A stretch of DNA of 64,000 nt from Candidatus Latescibacterota bacterium (GCA_965204375.1 OZ241986.1:320001-384000), one strand, 5' to 3'; shown: positions 16,725 through 26,800, numbered from the stretch's first letter. Made by a program: numbers and translations. Notes: generated from the letters alone by a model not told the origin.

Positions 16725-16887
16725 GCGAATCAGCGGAACGGGGTACAACTGCGTTAGCAGTTCATCAACGAATCAACGAATCAACGGAACGGGGTACAAC
16801 TGGCCGTCTCTCAGGCCAGTTCATCAGCGAAGGGAGTTCGCACTGACTTTGGGAGGTTGGGTGGGGTTCGTCTATTCGTCTATTCGT
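16725..16887. repeat. Composite intergenic repeat: CGAATCAA and TCTATTCG octamer arms plus two GGAACGGGGTACAACTG..CAGTTCAT hairpin modules
   Basis: Modules at 16735-16765 and 16786-16824; homologous to 28108-28251. Confidence 0.85.
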
Positions 16888-17845
16888 TGGCGGTCGTGGA
16901 GGAAGGCGAAGTTGTAAAGAAGGTCTCGAAAATAGCGTTGTCAAGCTGGTTGAGCCGGGTTTGAAATGCGTCGAGGTATTCGTGCAGACCCCGCGTGATG
17001 ATTTCATCTATACTGGTGTAATCCAGTTCGGCGAGCAGGCGACCCAGTACTTGTTCGGACGTGTTTTGAAAAGAACCTTCGGGCGTACCCGATATGGTGT
17101 GCAACGATTGATTGGCTCTGGAAAGACAGTATCGAATAGCGCGGGGAAATTCGCGGTTTAAGAGCAAGAAATCGACCACATTATGGGGGTCGATAGGGCC
17201 ATATTGCTTGCGATACATTTCGAGGGCACTGGCAGATTTGAGCAATGCCGACCACTGGATATTGTCATAGGGCGTGCCCACAGCATCAACTTCGGGCAAT
17301 AAAAAAAAGTATTTGACATCGAGGATGCGCGAGGTCTTATCGGCGCATTCTAAGTCCCGGCCCAGTTGAGCAAATTGCCATGCTTCATTGTGAGACATGG
17401 TGTTGCGCTGAATGCCTGTGAACAGGTGACTGGCCATGATGATATCTGTAAAGTAGGTATGAGGCGCATCCTGTGCCTGGGGTTTGTCGATATTTTGCAC
17501 CTGCAAGTAGAATTTGTTAATCTGTTCCCACATCTCCGGTGAAATAATTTCTCGGATAGAACGCGCATTTTCACGGGCGTTTTGCAAGCAGGAGATAATG
17601 GAGTTGGGGTTTATGGGACTAAATGTCAGGAAGTCAATGACGCTGGCTTGATTGTCCGTTGCGTAGTTTTTATAGAACAGGTCCTGATCGCCTGTGGTGA
17701 GCACAAGCGGTTCCCACTGCCCTTTGGCTTCAACGGGTAAGTCGAGCATCAAGTGACAATTGACCTGGATAAAGCGGGCGACATTTTCGGCGCGTTCGAG
17801 ATAACGACTCATCCAGTAAATGGATTCTGCAGCGCGGCTTAACAT
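16880..17845 (-). CDS. Alpha-E domain protein (DUF403)
   Basis: MLSRAAESIYWMSRYLERAEN, ARENARSIRE, FPRAIRYC. Confidence 0.93.
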   Translation of the reverse strand: MLSRAAESIYWMSRYLERAENVARFIQVNCHLMLDLPVEAKGQWEPLVLTTGDQDLFYKNYATDNQASVIDFLTFSPINPNSIISCLQNARENARSIREIISPEMWEQINKFYLQVQNIDKPQAQDAPHTYFTDIIMASHLFTGIQRNTMSHNEAWQFAQLGRDLECADKTSRILDVKYFFLLPEVDAVGTPYDNIQWSALLKSASALEMYRKQYGPIDPHNVVDFLLLNREFPRAIRYCLSRANQSLHTISGTPEGSFQNTSEQVLGRLLAELDYTSIDEIITRGLHEYLDAFQTRLNQLDNAIFETFFTTSPSSTTANE

Positions 17846-17859
17846 AAGATGGCTCGGCG

Positions 17860-19341
17860 TTAGTGCGTTTGTGAAAGGTACCTGGACGGGACAAATGGGT
17901 CGTCACTATCGTATAATACCCAGGTGTCTTTGCTTCCCCCACCTTGTGAAGAATTGACCACCAGAGATCCTTTTTTAAGGGCCACGCGCGTCAGCCCGCC
18001 GGGCAAGACATAAGTATCTTCGCCATTGTAGAGGATATAGGGCCGCAAATCGACGTGCCTACCTTCAAAGTGGTCTTCTACCAGAATAGGGCTTCGCGAG
18101 AGTGAAATGGTGGGCTGTGCAATATAATTGCGTGGGTTTTGGGTGATGCGGTTGGCAAAGTCTTCGCGTTCGGCTCGTGTGGAATTCACGCCAATGAGCA
18201 TGCCGTATCCGCCCGACTCATTGGCGGCTTTGACCACGAGGTTGTCCAGGTTTTCGAGTACATGCTGGCGTTGCTTGTCGTCCCAACAAACATAGGTGGG
18301 CACATTGGGCAGCAGGATGTCTTCGTTGAGATAATATTTGATGATCTGCGGCACATAAGCATATACGACCTTGTCGTCGGCAACACCTGTGCCGGGCGCA
18401 TTTGCGATGGCAACTTGACCGTTTTTATAGACTTCCATGAGGCCGGGGATGCCCAGCATGGAATCGGGTCGAAAAACTTCTGGATCGAGGAATTCGGCAT
18501 CAATGCGACGATAAATAACGTCAATGCGCTGGAATCCACGGGTTGTTCGCATCGATACAGAACCATCGGCAACGACGAGGTCCCGCCCTTCGACCAATTC
18601 GACGCCCATTTGTTGGGCGAGAAAGGCATGTTCGAAATAGGCCGAGTTGTAGATGCCGGGTGTGAGTAAAACGACCGTTGGCGATGTGACATGGGAAGGA
18701 GATAGAGAGCGCAATGTGTTGAGCAATTGAGCGGGATAGTCATCGACGTGTCGCACATGAGAAGCTTCAAATACTTCCGGAAATATGTGTTTGAGAACCT
18801 CGCGATTTTCAAGCACATAAGACACGCCCGAAGGACAGCGCATGTTGTCTTCGAGGATGTAAAACTGGCCGTCTCTATCGCGCACGAGGTCAATGCCAGA
18901 AATGTGACACCACACATCTTTGGGTGGCGAAAGGCCAATGCAGGGTTTTAGAAATTCTTGAGCTGTATCGATGACGTAGCGGGGAATGATACCGTCTTTG
19001 AGGATTTTTTGATCGGCGTAGATGTCGCAGAGAAACAGGTTGAGGGCCTGAATGCGCTGCACGAGGCCATTTTCGATGTAGGCCCAGTCGGTATGGGAAA
19101 CGATGCGCGGAATGATGTCGAAGGGAAAAATTTTTTCAACGCCAGCTTCGTGGCCATACACATTGAACGTGATGCCCATGTTCATCAAGGCCAGTTCGGC
19201 GGCTTGATGGCGTTTTTGGAGTTCGTCTTTGGAGAGTTCGCCGAGTTTTTCGAGGAGCACTTGCGCGCCGGGATGGGGCGTGTTCGGAGATTCGAAGAGT
19301 TCGTCGAAAAATCCGCCGAGTTCATAAGATGAAAAGTCCAT
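17860..19341 (-). CDS. Circularly permuted type 2 ATP-grasp peptide ligase
   Basis: FPFDIIPR, LEDNMRCPSGVSY, YFEHAFLA, ANESGGYG, PGGLTRVAL, VVNSSQGGGSKDTWV. Confidence 0.94.
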   Translation of the reverse strand: MDFSSYELGGFFDELFESPNTPHPGAQVLLEKLGELSKDELQKRHQAAELALMNMGITFNVYGHEAGVEKIFPFDIIPRIVSHTDWAYIENGLVQRIQALNLFLCDIYADQKILKDGIIPRYVIDTAQEFLKPCIGLSPPKDVWCHISGIDLVRDRDGQFYILEDNMRCPSGVSYVLENREVLKHIFPEVFEASHVRHVDDYPAQLLNTLRSLSPSHVTSPTVVLLTPGIYNSAYFEHAFLAQQMGVELVEGRDLVVADGSVSMRTTRGFQRIDVIYRRIDAEFLDPEVFRPDSMLGIPGLMEVYKNGQVAIANAPGTGVADDKVVYAYVPQIIKYYLNEDILLPNVPTYVCWDDKQRQHVLENLDNLVVKAANESGGYGMLIGVNSTRAEREDFANRITQNPRNYIAQPTISLSRSPILVEDHFEGRHVDLRPYILYNGEDTYVLPGGLTRVALKKGSLVVNSSQGGGSKDTWVLYDSDDPFVPSRYLSQTH

Positions 19342-19613
19342 GTGTTCACCATCCAGCAAAAGAATGGCTTACGTGACGTGGCGACAAAAAATAATAAAGC
19401 GGTGGAGAGCACCTGTCAATTGTTTTTTGGGTGAACGATGGGGCGGGATTTTAGGATGAGAGGATGAAAGACGGGGAGGTATCCGCAGGTGGACGCAGAA
19501 CCATCACATTGACCACGTACTGCAATTGTAGTATATTTTTTATTGGATCGTAAAATGCGGTTTTAGTCTATTATTTTTTTTACTTCAGGTCATTATTTTG
19601 AGGGGGTATGGTT

Positions 19614-21461
19614 ATGGCTATCGCTACTCAAAGTTTCCAGGATCGACTGATGGACGGAGATATGACCCTGGATGTTTCTCCGGAGGTAGATCCGGGCAAC
19701 CTGGTGTATCACAAATTGTGCTCTGCTGATGATTTTGAAGAAGGCGAAGGGAAGCCGTTTACGGTGGAGGGCACCCACATCGCCGTTTTCCGCTACGATG
19801 GGGGGTTCAATGCGGTAGATAACCGCTGTCCGCACATGGGATATCCGATGTCCGAGGGCAGCGTTCGGGATGGGGTCCTGATCTGTCATTGGCACCACTG
19901 GGAGTTCGACCTTAAGACGGGCGGCTGTTTCATAACCTCCGGAGCCGGAAACGATCTGAAGAGCTTTCCCGTGGAGGTGCGGGACGACGGGTGTCTGTAC
20001 GTGGGGCTTGCGCCGGGCGAAAAAGAGGCGGCCAGACGCCGGCAGATTGACCGGGGGAAGTATATTCTTGAGCAGGGTCTGAAAGATCGGAGTTCGCTCC
20101 TGATTGCCAAGGCGATTACCGCGCTAAAGGCCGCGGGTGCCACGCCGCAGGAGATGATCCAGCAGGGACTTTTTTACGGGGCATATAAATCGAATGAGGG
20201 TTGGTCATCGGGGGTGGCCATTTTGACGCTGGCTGCAAATATGTTGGAAGATGTAGATGAGAGAGACCACAATCTTTTCCTGGTTCATGGGCTGACACAG
20301 ATTTCCAGACGCACATCAGGAGGTTCGCGACGGCAGGGTTTCCCTTTGCCCAAAACCTCGGACGAACCGGACCTGGCGACCCTCAAACGCTGGTTCCGGC
20401 GGCTGGTGGATCAGCGCAGCAGCAGTGCAGCACAGCGTATTCTGATGACCCTGTACGATCGTGGATATTCACCCGAAGAGATTGCGGATGTCGTTTTTAC
20501 CACGGCGACGGATTTCTATTTTACCGGGGACGGTCACGCGCTCGATTTCGCGAATAAGATGTTCGAGGCCTTAGATTATGTGGATTGGGAAGGGGCGAAT
20601 GAGATTTTGCGACCGATTGTAGTAGATTTAGTGGGCAGAGAACGACACGAGGAGACCGCCAGATGGGAAGACAGCGTGCCGGTCCTGGAAGATATTTTCA
20701 CCCGTCTGGACGAGATATGGGAAGCGAACCAGGAGAACGAGGCACCGCTGGATATTTCTGCTTTTACGCAGACGCTGCTGGGGGAGGAATTCGAGCCGAT
20801 TGTCGCCGAGATCGAAGACAAATTGCGCGAGGGTGTGAAGCCCACGGATATCTGCCGGGCAATGACCTATGCCGGAGCCATCCGCACGGCGCGGTTCCAC
20901 CTCAAGAACGAGGGGGACTGGCACGATGTGGCGAATATTTACTCTTACGCCCATGCCCTCTATCGCGCTTTCCATCTGGCACCGAGTGCAGAGCTTTTGC
21001 GCGGTATTTTCCACGGTGCTGTGTTTATGACCTATTTGCGCTGGCTCAACATGCCAGCGGCCCGCCTGCCCAGGGAAGGACAGCGGCTGGACGAGACGTT
21101 CGCGTCCGAGGACAAGATGTTGGATCGGCTACAGGAGTTTGCGGACTTCCAGAAGGTCTTTGAGGCTGAGGTGCTGGTAAGCCAGTACCTGGAGGAAGGT
21201 TACGATATCGCGAAGCTCAGGCATACTTTGGCACATATTATGCTGCGCGAAGATGCGGAGTTGCACATGTTCCAGGTGCTGGAGGTGGCGTTCCGGCACT
21301 ACGACCTGTCGGACGATCCGAATGAGAAGCGTATGCACCTGCTGGCGGCGACCCGGTATATTACCGCCCAGAAAGTGATGAAGGGAATTCTGTGGTCCAC
21401 GGAGAACGCGGAGCGGCTGCAGCGCGGGGAACTGCTAAGCGAGCGGGATGATGATAATTAG
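19614..21461 (+). CDS. Rieske [2Fe-2S] domain protein with long helical C-terminal region
   Basis: CPHMG...ICHWHHWEF Rieske motif followed by ~480 aa of unknown function. Confidence 0.85.
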   Translation: MAIATQSFQDRLMDGDMTLDVSPEVDPGNLVYHKLCSADDFEEGEGKPFTVEGTHIAVFRYDGGFNAVDNRCPHMGYPMSEGSVRDGVLICHWHHWEFDLKTGGCFITSGAGNDLKSFPVEVRDDGCLYVGLAPGEKEAARRRQIDRGKYILEQGLKDRSSLLIAKAITALKAAGATPQEMIQQGLFYGAYKSNEGWSSGVAILTLAANMLEDVDERDHNLFLVHGLTQISRRTSGGSRRQGFPLPKTSDEPDLATLKRWFRRLVDQRSSSAAQRILMTLYDRGYSPEEIADVVFTTATDFYFTGDGHALDFANKMFEALDYVDWEGANEILRPIVVDLVGRERHEETARWEDSVPVLEDIFTRLDEIWEANQENEAPLDISAFTQTLLGEEFEPIVAEIEDKLREGVKPTDICRAMTYAGAIRTARFHLKNEGDWHDVANIYSYAHALYRAFHLAPSAELLRGIFHGAVFMTYLRWLNMPAARLPREGQRLDETFASEDKMLDRLQEFADFQKVFEAEVLVSQYLEEGYDIAKLRHTLAHIMLREDAELHMFQVLEVAFRHYDLSDDPNEKRMHLLAATRYITAQKVMKGILWSTENAERLQRGELLSERDDDN

Positions 21462-21495
21462 GACAGGGCCCGGTGAAGGCAGAGGGCTGAACAGG

Positions 21496-21528
21496 CAGTA
21501 GCAGGCAACATCCTGCTACTGTTTTTTT
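21496..21528 (+). terminator. Intrinsic terminator
   Basis: CAGTAGCAGG/CCTGCTACTG 10-bp stem followed by T7. Confidence 0.85.
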
Positions 21529-21537
21529 GTGCATTTC

Positions 21538-22533
21538 CTATCTGATCGGCAGAAATTTTCCACCTTTTCTCGCTGATTCTTCGGCTGTAATGCAGGCATT
21601 GGCAACGGCGAGGGTATCGTCTGTTGAGATGAAATTTTCTGCGCCGCGCGAGAGTGCAGTGATCATATTTTCAACAAATGCCTGATTGGTTGAGGGTGGG
21701 AGTTTGGGTTCGTACGTGCCCGATTTGTTGGAGACAATGAGCACATGGTCGTCGGCATAGGCGCGCAAGTGTGCAGAGCCTTCGGTGCCCATAATAATGA
21801 ATCGCGTGTCGCCAAAAGATCGCGAATCTTTGGGGGTGAGCCAATCGGCAGTGGCGGTGGCAAGTGCGCCATTGTCGAGTTGAAACGAAGCCTGGACGTG
21901 ATCGAATGTGAGGCCCGTGTCGATGTGTTTTTTGAGTATGCCGAGCGCGTGAACCCCCGTGTATTCTGCGCCGGTAAGCCAGCGAATCTGATCCACGCCG
22001 TGGCCTGCCAAATCGTGAAATGTACCCACATATTTGTCTGCCTCAAAGTAAAGTGCGGGGGGATTTGCGCCGAGTTTGTGCGGATGTGTGGTGATGAGGC
22101 TCACGAGATCGCCCAAATCGCCATTTTGAATTGCCTGTCTCAATGCGATAAAGGCGCCATAACTGCGAGATGTAAAAAAGGTGGAAAGTTTGATATCGTT
22201 CTTTGCGACGGCAGTTTTGATGCGTTGTAATTCTTCCGTCGTTCGGCAGAGCGGTTTGTCGAGTAGTATGTGGACGCCGGCTGCCGCGCACGTTTCGATG
22301 ACAGGCGTTTTTTCGTGATGCTCGAGACCCTCAATTACCAGGTCGGGTTTTGCTTTTTCGAGCATCTGGTCGAGTGTGGCAAAGCGGGTGATATTGTGGT
22401 CTGCGGTATATTTTTCGCAAAGCGCGTCATCGGATTCTACAATGCCGACGATTTCGCTATTTGGCGCGTTGACTGCCGAGTGAAACATACCACTTATATG
22501 TCCGTAGTGCATGCCCATAATACCGATTTTCAT
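21538..22533 (-). CDS. Gfo/Idh/MocA-family oxidoreductase
   Basis: MKIGIMG Rossmann start, HILLDKP, DLAGHGVD. Confidence 0.88.
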   Translation of the reverse strand: MKIGIMGMHYGHISGMFHSAVNAPNSEIVGIVESDDALCEKYTADHNITRFATLDQMLEKAKPDLVIEGLEHHEKTPVIETCAAAGVHILLDKPLCRTTEELQRIKTAVAKNDIKLSTFFTSRSYGAFIALRQAIQNGDLGDLVSLITTHPHKLGANPPALYFEADKYVGTFHDLAGHGVDQIRWLTGAEYTGVHALGILKKHIDTGLTFDHVQASFQLDNGALATATADWLTPKDSRSFGDTRFIIMGTEGSAHLRAYADDHVLIVSNKSGTYEPKLPPSTNQAFVENMITALSRGAENFISTDDTLAVANACITAEESARKGGKFLPIR

Positions 22534-22546
22534 AATAGCGTCCTTC

Positions 22547-23320
22547 CTACGCTCGCCACCTGTGCGATTCGAGCACCGTATGTGTTAAAAAAAGAAAAAA
22601 AGCCGCAGCACTAATAAAAAATACCACGTCGTGGGTATCGACAACGCCGTGAATCATGTCTCGGGTGTGTTCGATGAGGGAGAGAAATTTCAAAATAACA
22701 AAAAATATGTCGCTGGCAAAACGCGCGGCCCAGTCGATAATCCACAATAGAATTAAAAAGAAAAAAGACAACATAGCCGCGATAATCTGATTTTCGGTCA
22801 AAGACGATGCCAAAATGCCCACGCTGATAAATGTGGCGCCAATCAGCACTACAGCCAGCGCACCGGAAAGAACGGGCCCCCAGTCTAATTGCGCGTGCAT
22901 AGACAACACGCCAATATAGCCGAAGGCCATCACTTCGATTAGCAAATACAATACATAACAAGCGAGAAATTTTCCTATCAAAATTTGTGCTGAAGTAATC
23001 GGCGAGGTCATCAACAACTCATACGTACCCCCGCGTTTTTCCTCGGCGTAGAGACGCATCGTGAGCATTGGGATCACAATCATCCAGATAAAAGTCTGAA
23101 ATTCAAAAAATGGTGTGACAACCTCTGTATTGACGTTGAGTAGAATTTTTTCTTCGCGTTCTGCCAATTTCAGATATACGGTCATATCGTGAAATTCGAG
23201 CAACTGGTTGCGAAAAACAAAGCCACTAAATAGCAAAAACACGCCGGCCATCACGTATGCAATTGGCGAGCCAAAATACGACCGCATCTCTTTGCCAAAA
23301 ATCGCCATTACATTGCCCAT
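22547..23320 (-). CDS. ABC-2 type permease (GldF-like)
   Basis: KEMRSYFGSPIAY, TMRLYAEEKRGGTYELLMTSP, TENQIIAA. Confidence 0.88.
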   Translation of the reverse strand: MGNVMAIFGKEMRSYFGSPIAYVMAGVFLLFSGFVFRNQLLEFHDMTVYLKLAEREEKILLNVNTEVVTPFFEFQTFIWMIVIPMLTMRLYAEEKRGGTYELLMTSPITSAQILIGKFLACYVLYLLIEVMAFGYIGVLSMHAQLDWGPVLSGALAVVLIGATFISVGILASSLTENQIIAAMLSFFFLILLWIIDWAARFASDIFFVILKFLSLIEHTRDMIHGVVDTHDVVFFISAAAFFLFLTHTVLESHRWRA

Positions 23321-24246
23321 CACACCTCCTCTTCGTGCATGGTCAGCGCGTGAAAAATTTCTTCCAGAGACATAGCTTCACGCTTCATTTCCACCAGTCC
23401 CATGCCCAATTCGACAATGCGAGCCGATACTGCGGCACTCAAATCCGCTTCAGCCGGCCAATGGACGTGCAGCCCATTATTTGCTCGCGTCACATCGCTA
23501 ACCCCTTCAATAGTGGCAATGGCTTTGGCTGCAATATCTATATCGCCCGATATCCGAACAAAAAACCGCGTTGTGTCGCGCATATTAGCCGTGAGATTTT
23601 CAGGGGTATCAACAGCGACAATTTTACCTTCGTGAATAATGACCACGCGATTGCAGGTCATTTCAACTTCGGGCAAAATATGCGTGCTTAAAATTACCGT
23701 GCGCTCCTGGGCAAGTTCGCGGATCAACTGTCGCACCTCGATGATCTGATTGGGATCGAGGCCCGAAGTTGGCTCGTCCATGATTATTACTTCGGGGTCG
23801 TGCAATATCGCCTGTGCAAGTCCTACCCGCTGTCGATACCCTTTGGACAAATGACCGATGAGTTGCTCGGTGCGACCCACAAGCCCGCATTGGACAACGA
23901 CTTCATCAATTCGCCGCCTAGATTCTTCTGGCGCAACCCCCTTGATTTTAGCGATAAACTCCAGATATGTACGCACGCGCATATCGCGATACAGGGGTGG
24001 TAATTCGGGCAAATATCCAATGCGTTTTTTGACTTCTAATGGATTGTCAAAAATATCGTAGCCGGCAATGCGCGCCGTGCCTTCTGTGGCGGGCAAAAAA
24101 CAGGTGAGTACGCGCATGGTCGTGGTTTTGCCCGCGCCGTTTGGTCCCAAAAAACCGACAATTTCACCCTTACCCACTTGAAACGAAATGTCGTCAACAG
24201 CCGTAAACGCGCCGTAGCGCTTTGTCAGGCGATCAACTTCTATCAC
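23320..24246 (-). CDS. ABC transporter ATP-binding protein (GldA-like)
   Basis: GPNGAGKTT, LSKGYRQR, MDEPTSGLDP. Confidence 0.93.
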   Translation of the reverse strand: MIEVDRLTKRYGAFTAVDDISFQVGKGEIVGFLGPNGAGKTTTMRVLTCFLPATEGTARIAGYDIFDNPLEVKKRIGYLPELPPLYRDMRVRTYLEFIAKIKGVAPEESRRRIDEVVVQCGLVGRTEQLIGHLSKGYRQRVGLAQAILHDPEVIIMDEPTSGLDPNQIIEVRQLIRELAQERTVILSTHILPEVEMTCNRVVIIHEGKIVAVDTPENLTANMRDTTRFFVRISGDIDIAAKAIATIEGVSDVTRANNGLHVHWPAEADLSAAVSARIVELGMGLVEMKREAMSLEEIFHALTMHEEEV

Positions 24247-24257
24247 ACCTTACTCCT

Positions 24258-25139
24258 TTATCCCTTAATTTTCTTTGCTCGCAACCTGAAAAATTGCATC
24301 AACGGTTCGTGATACGCCCCTTGAGTCGAAATATTTACAGCGTCTAAGCCTATGCGCCGAAACAACGCTTCGCGGTCATCTCGCTCTTTTCTCGTTAGCT
24401 TTTGAAATGCATCGCGCACTGCTGCATCGCCAAAATCGACCATGATGCCTTCGCCCGTCTCGGCATCTTCTAACTCCACTATGCCAATTGCAGGTAGATC
24501 GTACTCCCGAGGATCTTCCAGTGCTATCGCTATCAGATCGTGACGCCGATTGGCAACGCGCAATGCTTTTTCATAGTCGGAAGCAAAAAAATCAGATACC
24601 AGAAACACCACACTGCGCCTGTAGGTCACGCGATTTAAATATTCCAATGCCACATCGATATTTGTACCGCGCCCTGAGGGTTGAAAGTACAACAACTCTC
24701 GAATGACGCGCAACACATGCTTTTTGCCTTTTTTGGGGGGAATAAATAACTCGACATCGTCGGTAAAAATGATCAGTCCCACGCGATCGTTATTCTGAAT
24801 TGCGGAAAAGGCGAGCAACGCGCAAATCTCAGCACCTATCTCGCCTTTCATTTGCGACACCGTTCCAAAGTCACCCGATGCACTCGCATCCACCATCAAT
24901 ATCACGGTGAGTTCGCGCTCTTCGTCGAACACTTTGACAAAAGGGTCATCCATACGCGCTGTTACGTTCCAGTCGATTGTGCGGACATCATCGCCGGGCT
25001 GATATTCTCGCACTTCTGCAAACGCCATACCCCTGCCCTTAAATACCGAATGGTACTCGCCAGCAAAAATTGTGTTCACCAGATTGCGTGTGCGCAACTC
25101 AATGCGCTTTACTTTTTTGAGGATTTCAGTTGGAATCAT
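24258..25139 (-). CDS. DUF58 domain protein
   Basis: FKGRGMAFAEVREYQPGDDVRTIDWNVTAR, VDASAS, VSDF. Confidence 0.93.
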   Translation of the reverse strand: MIPTEILKKVKRIELRTRNLVNTIFAGEYHSVFKGRGMAFAEVREYQPGDDVRTIDWNVTARMDDPFVKVFDEERELTVILMVDASASGDFGTVSQMKGEIGAEICALLAFSAIQNNDRVGLIIFTDDVELFIPPKKGKKHVLRVIRELLYFQPSGRGTNIDVALEYLNRVTYRRSVVFLVSDFFASDYEKALRVANRRHDLIAIALEDPREYDLPAIGIVELEDAETGEGIMVDFGDAAVRDAFQKLTRKERDDREALFRRIGLDAVNISTQGAYHEPLMQFFRLRAKKIKG

Positions 25140-25148
25140 GGTAAAAAG

Positions 25149-25229
25149 TTAGAAGTAAGAAGTGTGAAGTGAGAAGGCCCCGTCCAGCCCCCAAAAGGCT
25201 GGTACTTCATTTCACACTTCACACTTTCT
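25149..25229. repeat. Inverted heptamer tandem repeats (AGAAGTG/GTGAAGT ... CACACTT)
   Basis: ttagaagtaagaagtgtgaagtgagaagg ... cttcatttcacacttcacactttct around a short spacer. Confidence 0.75.
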
Positions 25230-26225
25230 TCATGGTACTTCAATGTGATCGAATATTTGGCGCGCAATTTCTTCGGAGTCAATTTCTTCGGCTTCGGCCT
25301 CGTATGTCACCAGCACACGGTGGCGCAACACATCCAGGCCGATGGCTTTCACATCTTCGGGGGTGACATAGCCGCGATGGCGCAAAAACGCGTGTGCTTT
25401 GGCAGCGCGGGTCAGGGCGATAGACGCGCGCGGCGATCCACCAAATTCGATCAAGGCGCGCAAATCCCCCAGGCCATAAGCCTCCGGATCACGGGTTGCT
25501 AATACGAGATCGACGATATAATCTTTGATTTTATCATCCACGTAAATCTCGTCGGCTACGCTTCGCGCACGAATGAGATCGTCAGTTGTTATGACCGTCT
25601 CAATTTGAGGGGTTGCATCGCGGCTCATGCGATCGACAATAGTGCGTTCTTCCTGTTTATTGGGATATGTTACCCGCACTTTCAGCATAAAGCGATCGAC
25701 CTGTGCCTCGGGCAGTGGATAGGTCCCCTCTTGTTCGATGGGATTTTGCGTGGCCAGCACCAAAAATGGATCGGGCATAGCAAATGTTTCGTTCCCAATA
25801 GTCACTTGACGCTCTTGCATGGCTTCGAGCATGGCGCTTTGTACTTTTGACGGTGCGCGATTGACTTCATCGGCGAGTACGAGTTGGGCAAAAATAGGCC
25901 CCTTTTGAGCTACAAATTGGCCCGTCTCTCTGTGATAGACCATTGTGCCAATCAGGTCGGCGGGCAACAAATCGGGTGTAAACTGAATGCGTTTAAAAGA
26001 CGCCTGAATCGCCTGAGCCAATGAATTGACAGTTAGCGTCTTGGCAAGGCCGGGAACGCCCTCGAGCAGGACATGGCCGTTGCACAACAGGCCGATTAAC
26101 AATCGCTCAATCATGTCCTGTTGCCCAACAATGACCTTGCCCACCTCGGCCAATAACCGATCGACAAACGCGCTTTCGCGCCCAACCCGCTCATTGATTA
26201 CTTGAATATCTTGTCCAACTGTCAT
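25230..26225 (-). CDS. moxR: MoxR-family AAA ATPase
   Basis: LEGVPGLAKT, RIQFTPDLLPAD, DEVNRA, ATQNPIEQEGTYPLPEAQVDRF. Confidence 0.93.
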   Translation of the reverse strand: MTVGQDIQVINERVGRESAFVDRLLAEVGKVIVGQQDMIERLLIGLLCNGHVLLEGVPGLAKTLTVNSLAQAIQASFKRIQFTPDLLPADLIGTMVYHRETGQFVAQKGPIFAQLVLADEVNRAPSKVQSAMLEAMQERQVTIGNETFAMPDPFLVLATQNPIEQEGTYPLPEAQVDRFMLKVRVTYPNKQEERTIVDRMSRDATPQIETVITTDDLIRARSVADEIYVDDKIKDYIVDLVLATRDPEAYGLGDLRALIEFGGSPRASIALTRAAKAHAFLRHRGYVTPEDVKAIGLDVLRHRVLVTYEAEAEEIDSEEIARQIFDHIEVP

Positions 26226-26229
26226 TGCA

Positions 26230-26712
26230 TCACTCTCGACTTATTGGTTTGGTACGCAACCACTGTTCGGGCGCTTTGCCCAAATTTGCAATCGAAAATT
26301 TGGCATCATCTACCAACTCAGAGTTTGGATATGTATCAACCACCTGCTGATAGGCCAGCCGCGCCTGTTTGTAATCGCCGAGTTGATCGTATATGTAGCC
26401 AATCATAAACTGTGCCTGTACACAATATCGGCTCTGCGGAAATCGCGCGATCAGGGTTTCGTATCGCGCAATAGCTTCTTTGTGTTTCTGCTGATTCATC
26501 AACACCCGAGCCAGAGCCTGTAGTGCCACCTCAGCGCGAGGATCGTCGGGAAACTGCGCCAGAAATTCCGCCAATTTGACTTCGGCCATTGGATACGACG
26601 CCATATCGTGCGCGGCCTGTTCGCCCTCTCGAAATAGCAGATCCGCAGACTGCTCTTGCCCCCCACAGGCGACAAATAGTGGCAAAAAGAATAGGAATCG
26701 AAATCTGTGCAT
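26230..26712 (-). CDS. TPR lipoprotein (BamD/YbgF-like)
   Basis: Lipobox FVAC; TPR helices ending FP.S / YP.S. Confidence 0.75.
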   Translation of the reverse strand: MHRFRFLFFLPLFVACGGQEQSADLLFREGEQAAHDMASYPMAEVKLAEFLAQFPDDPRAEVALQALARVLMNQQKHKEAIARYETLIARFPQSRYCVQAQFMIGYIYDQLGDYKQARLAYQQVVDTYPNSELVDDAKFSIANLGKAPEQWLRTKPISRE

Positions 26713-26800
26713 CTTTTTCCATCTCCTTTGCTTATTCAAACTTTTTCAAAAACGCTTTTGTCCAATTCGAGTTCCCGTTTTTTCTTTCTACACTGTGCGA

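Noticed and set aside
16725-16887. CRISPR mini-array
   Set aside because: Only two adjacent module copies, separated by octamer repeats rather than unique spacers; no cas genes.
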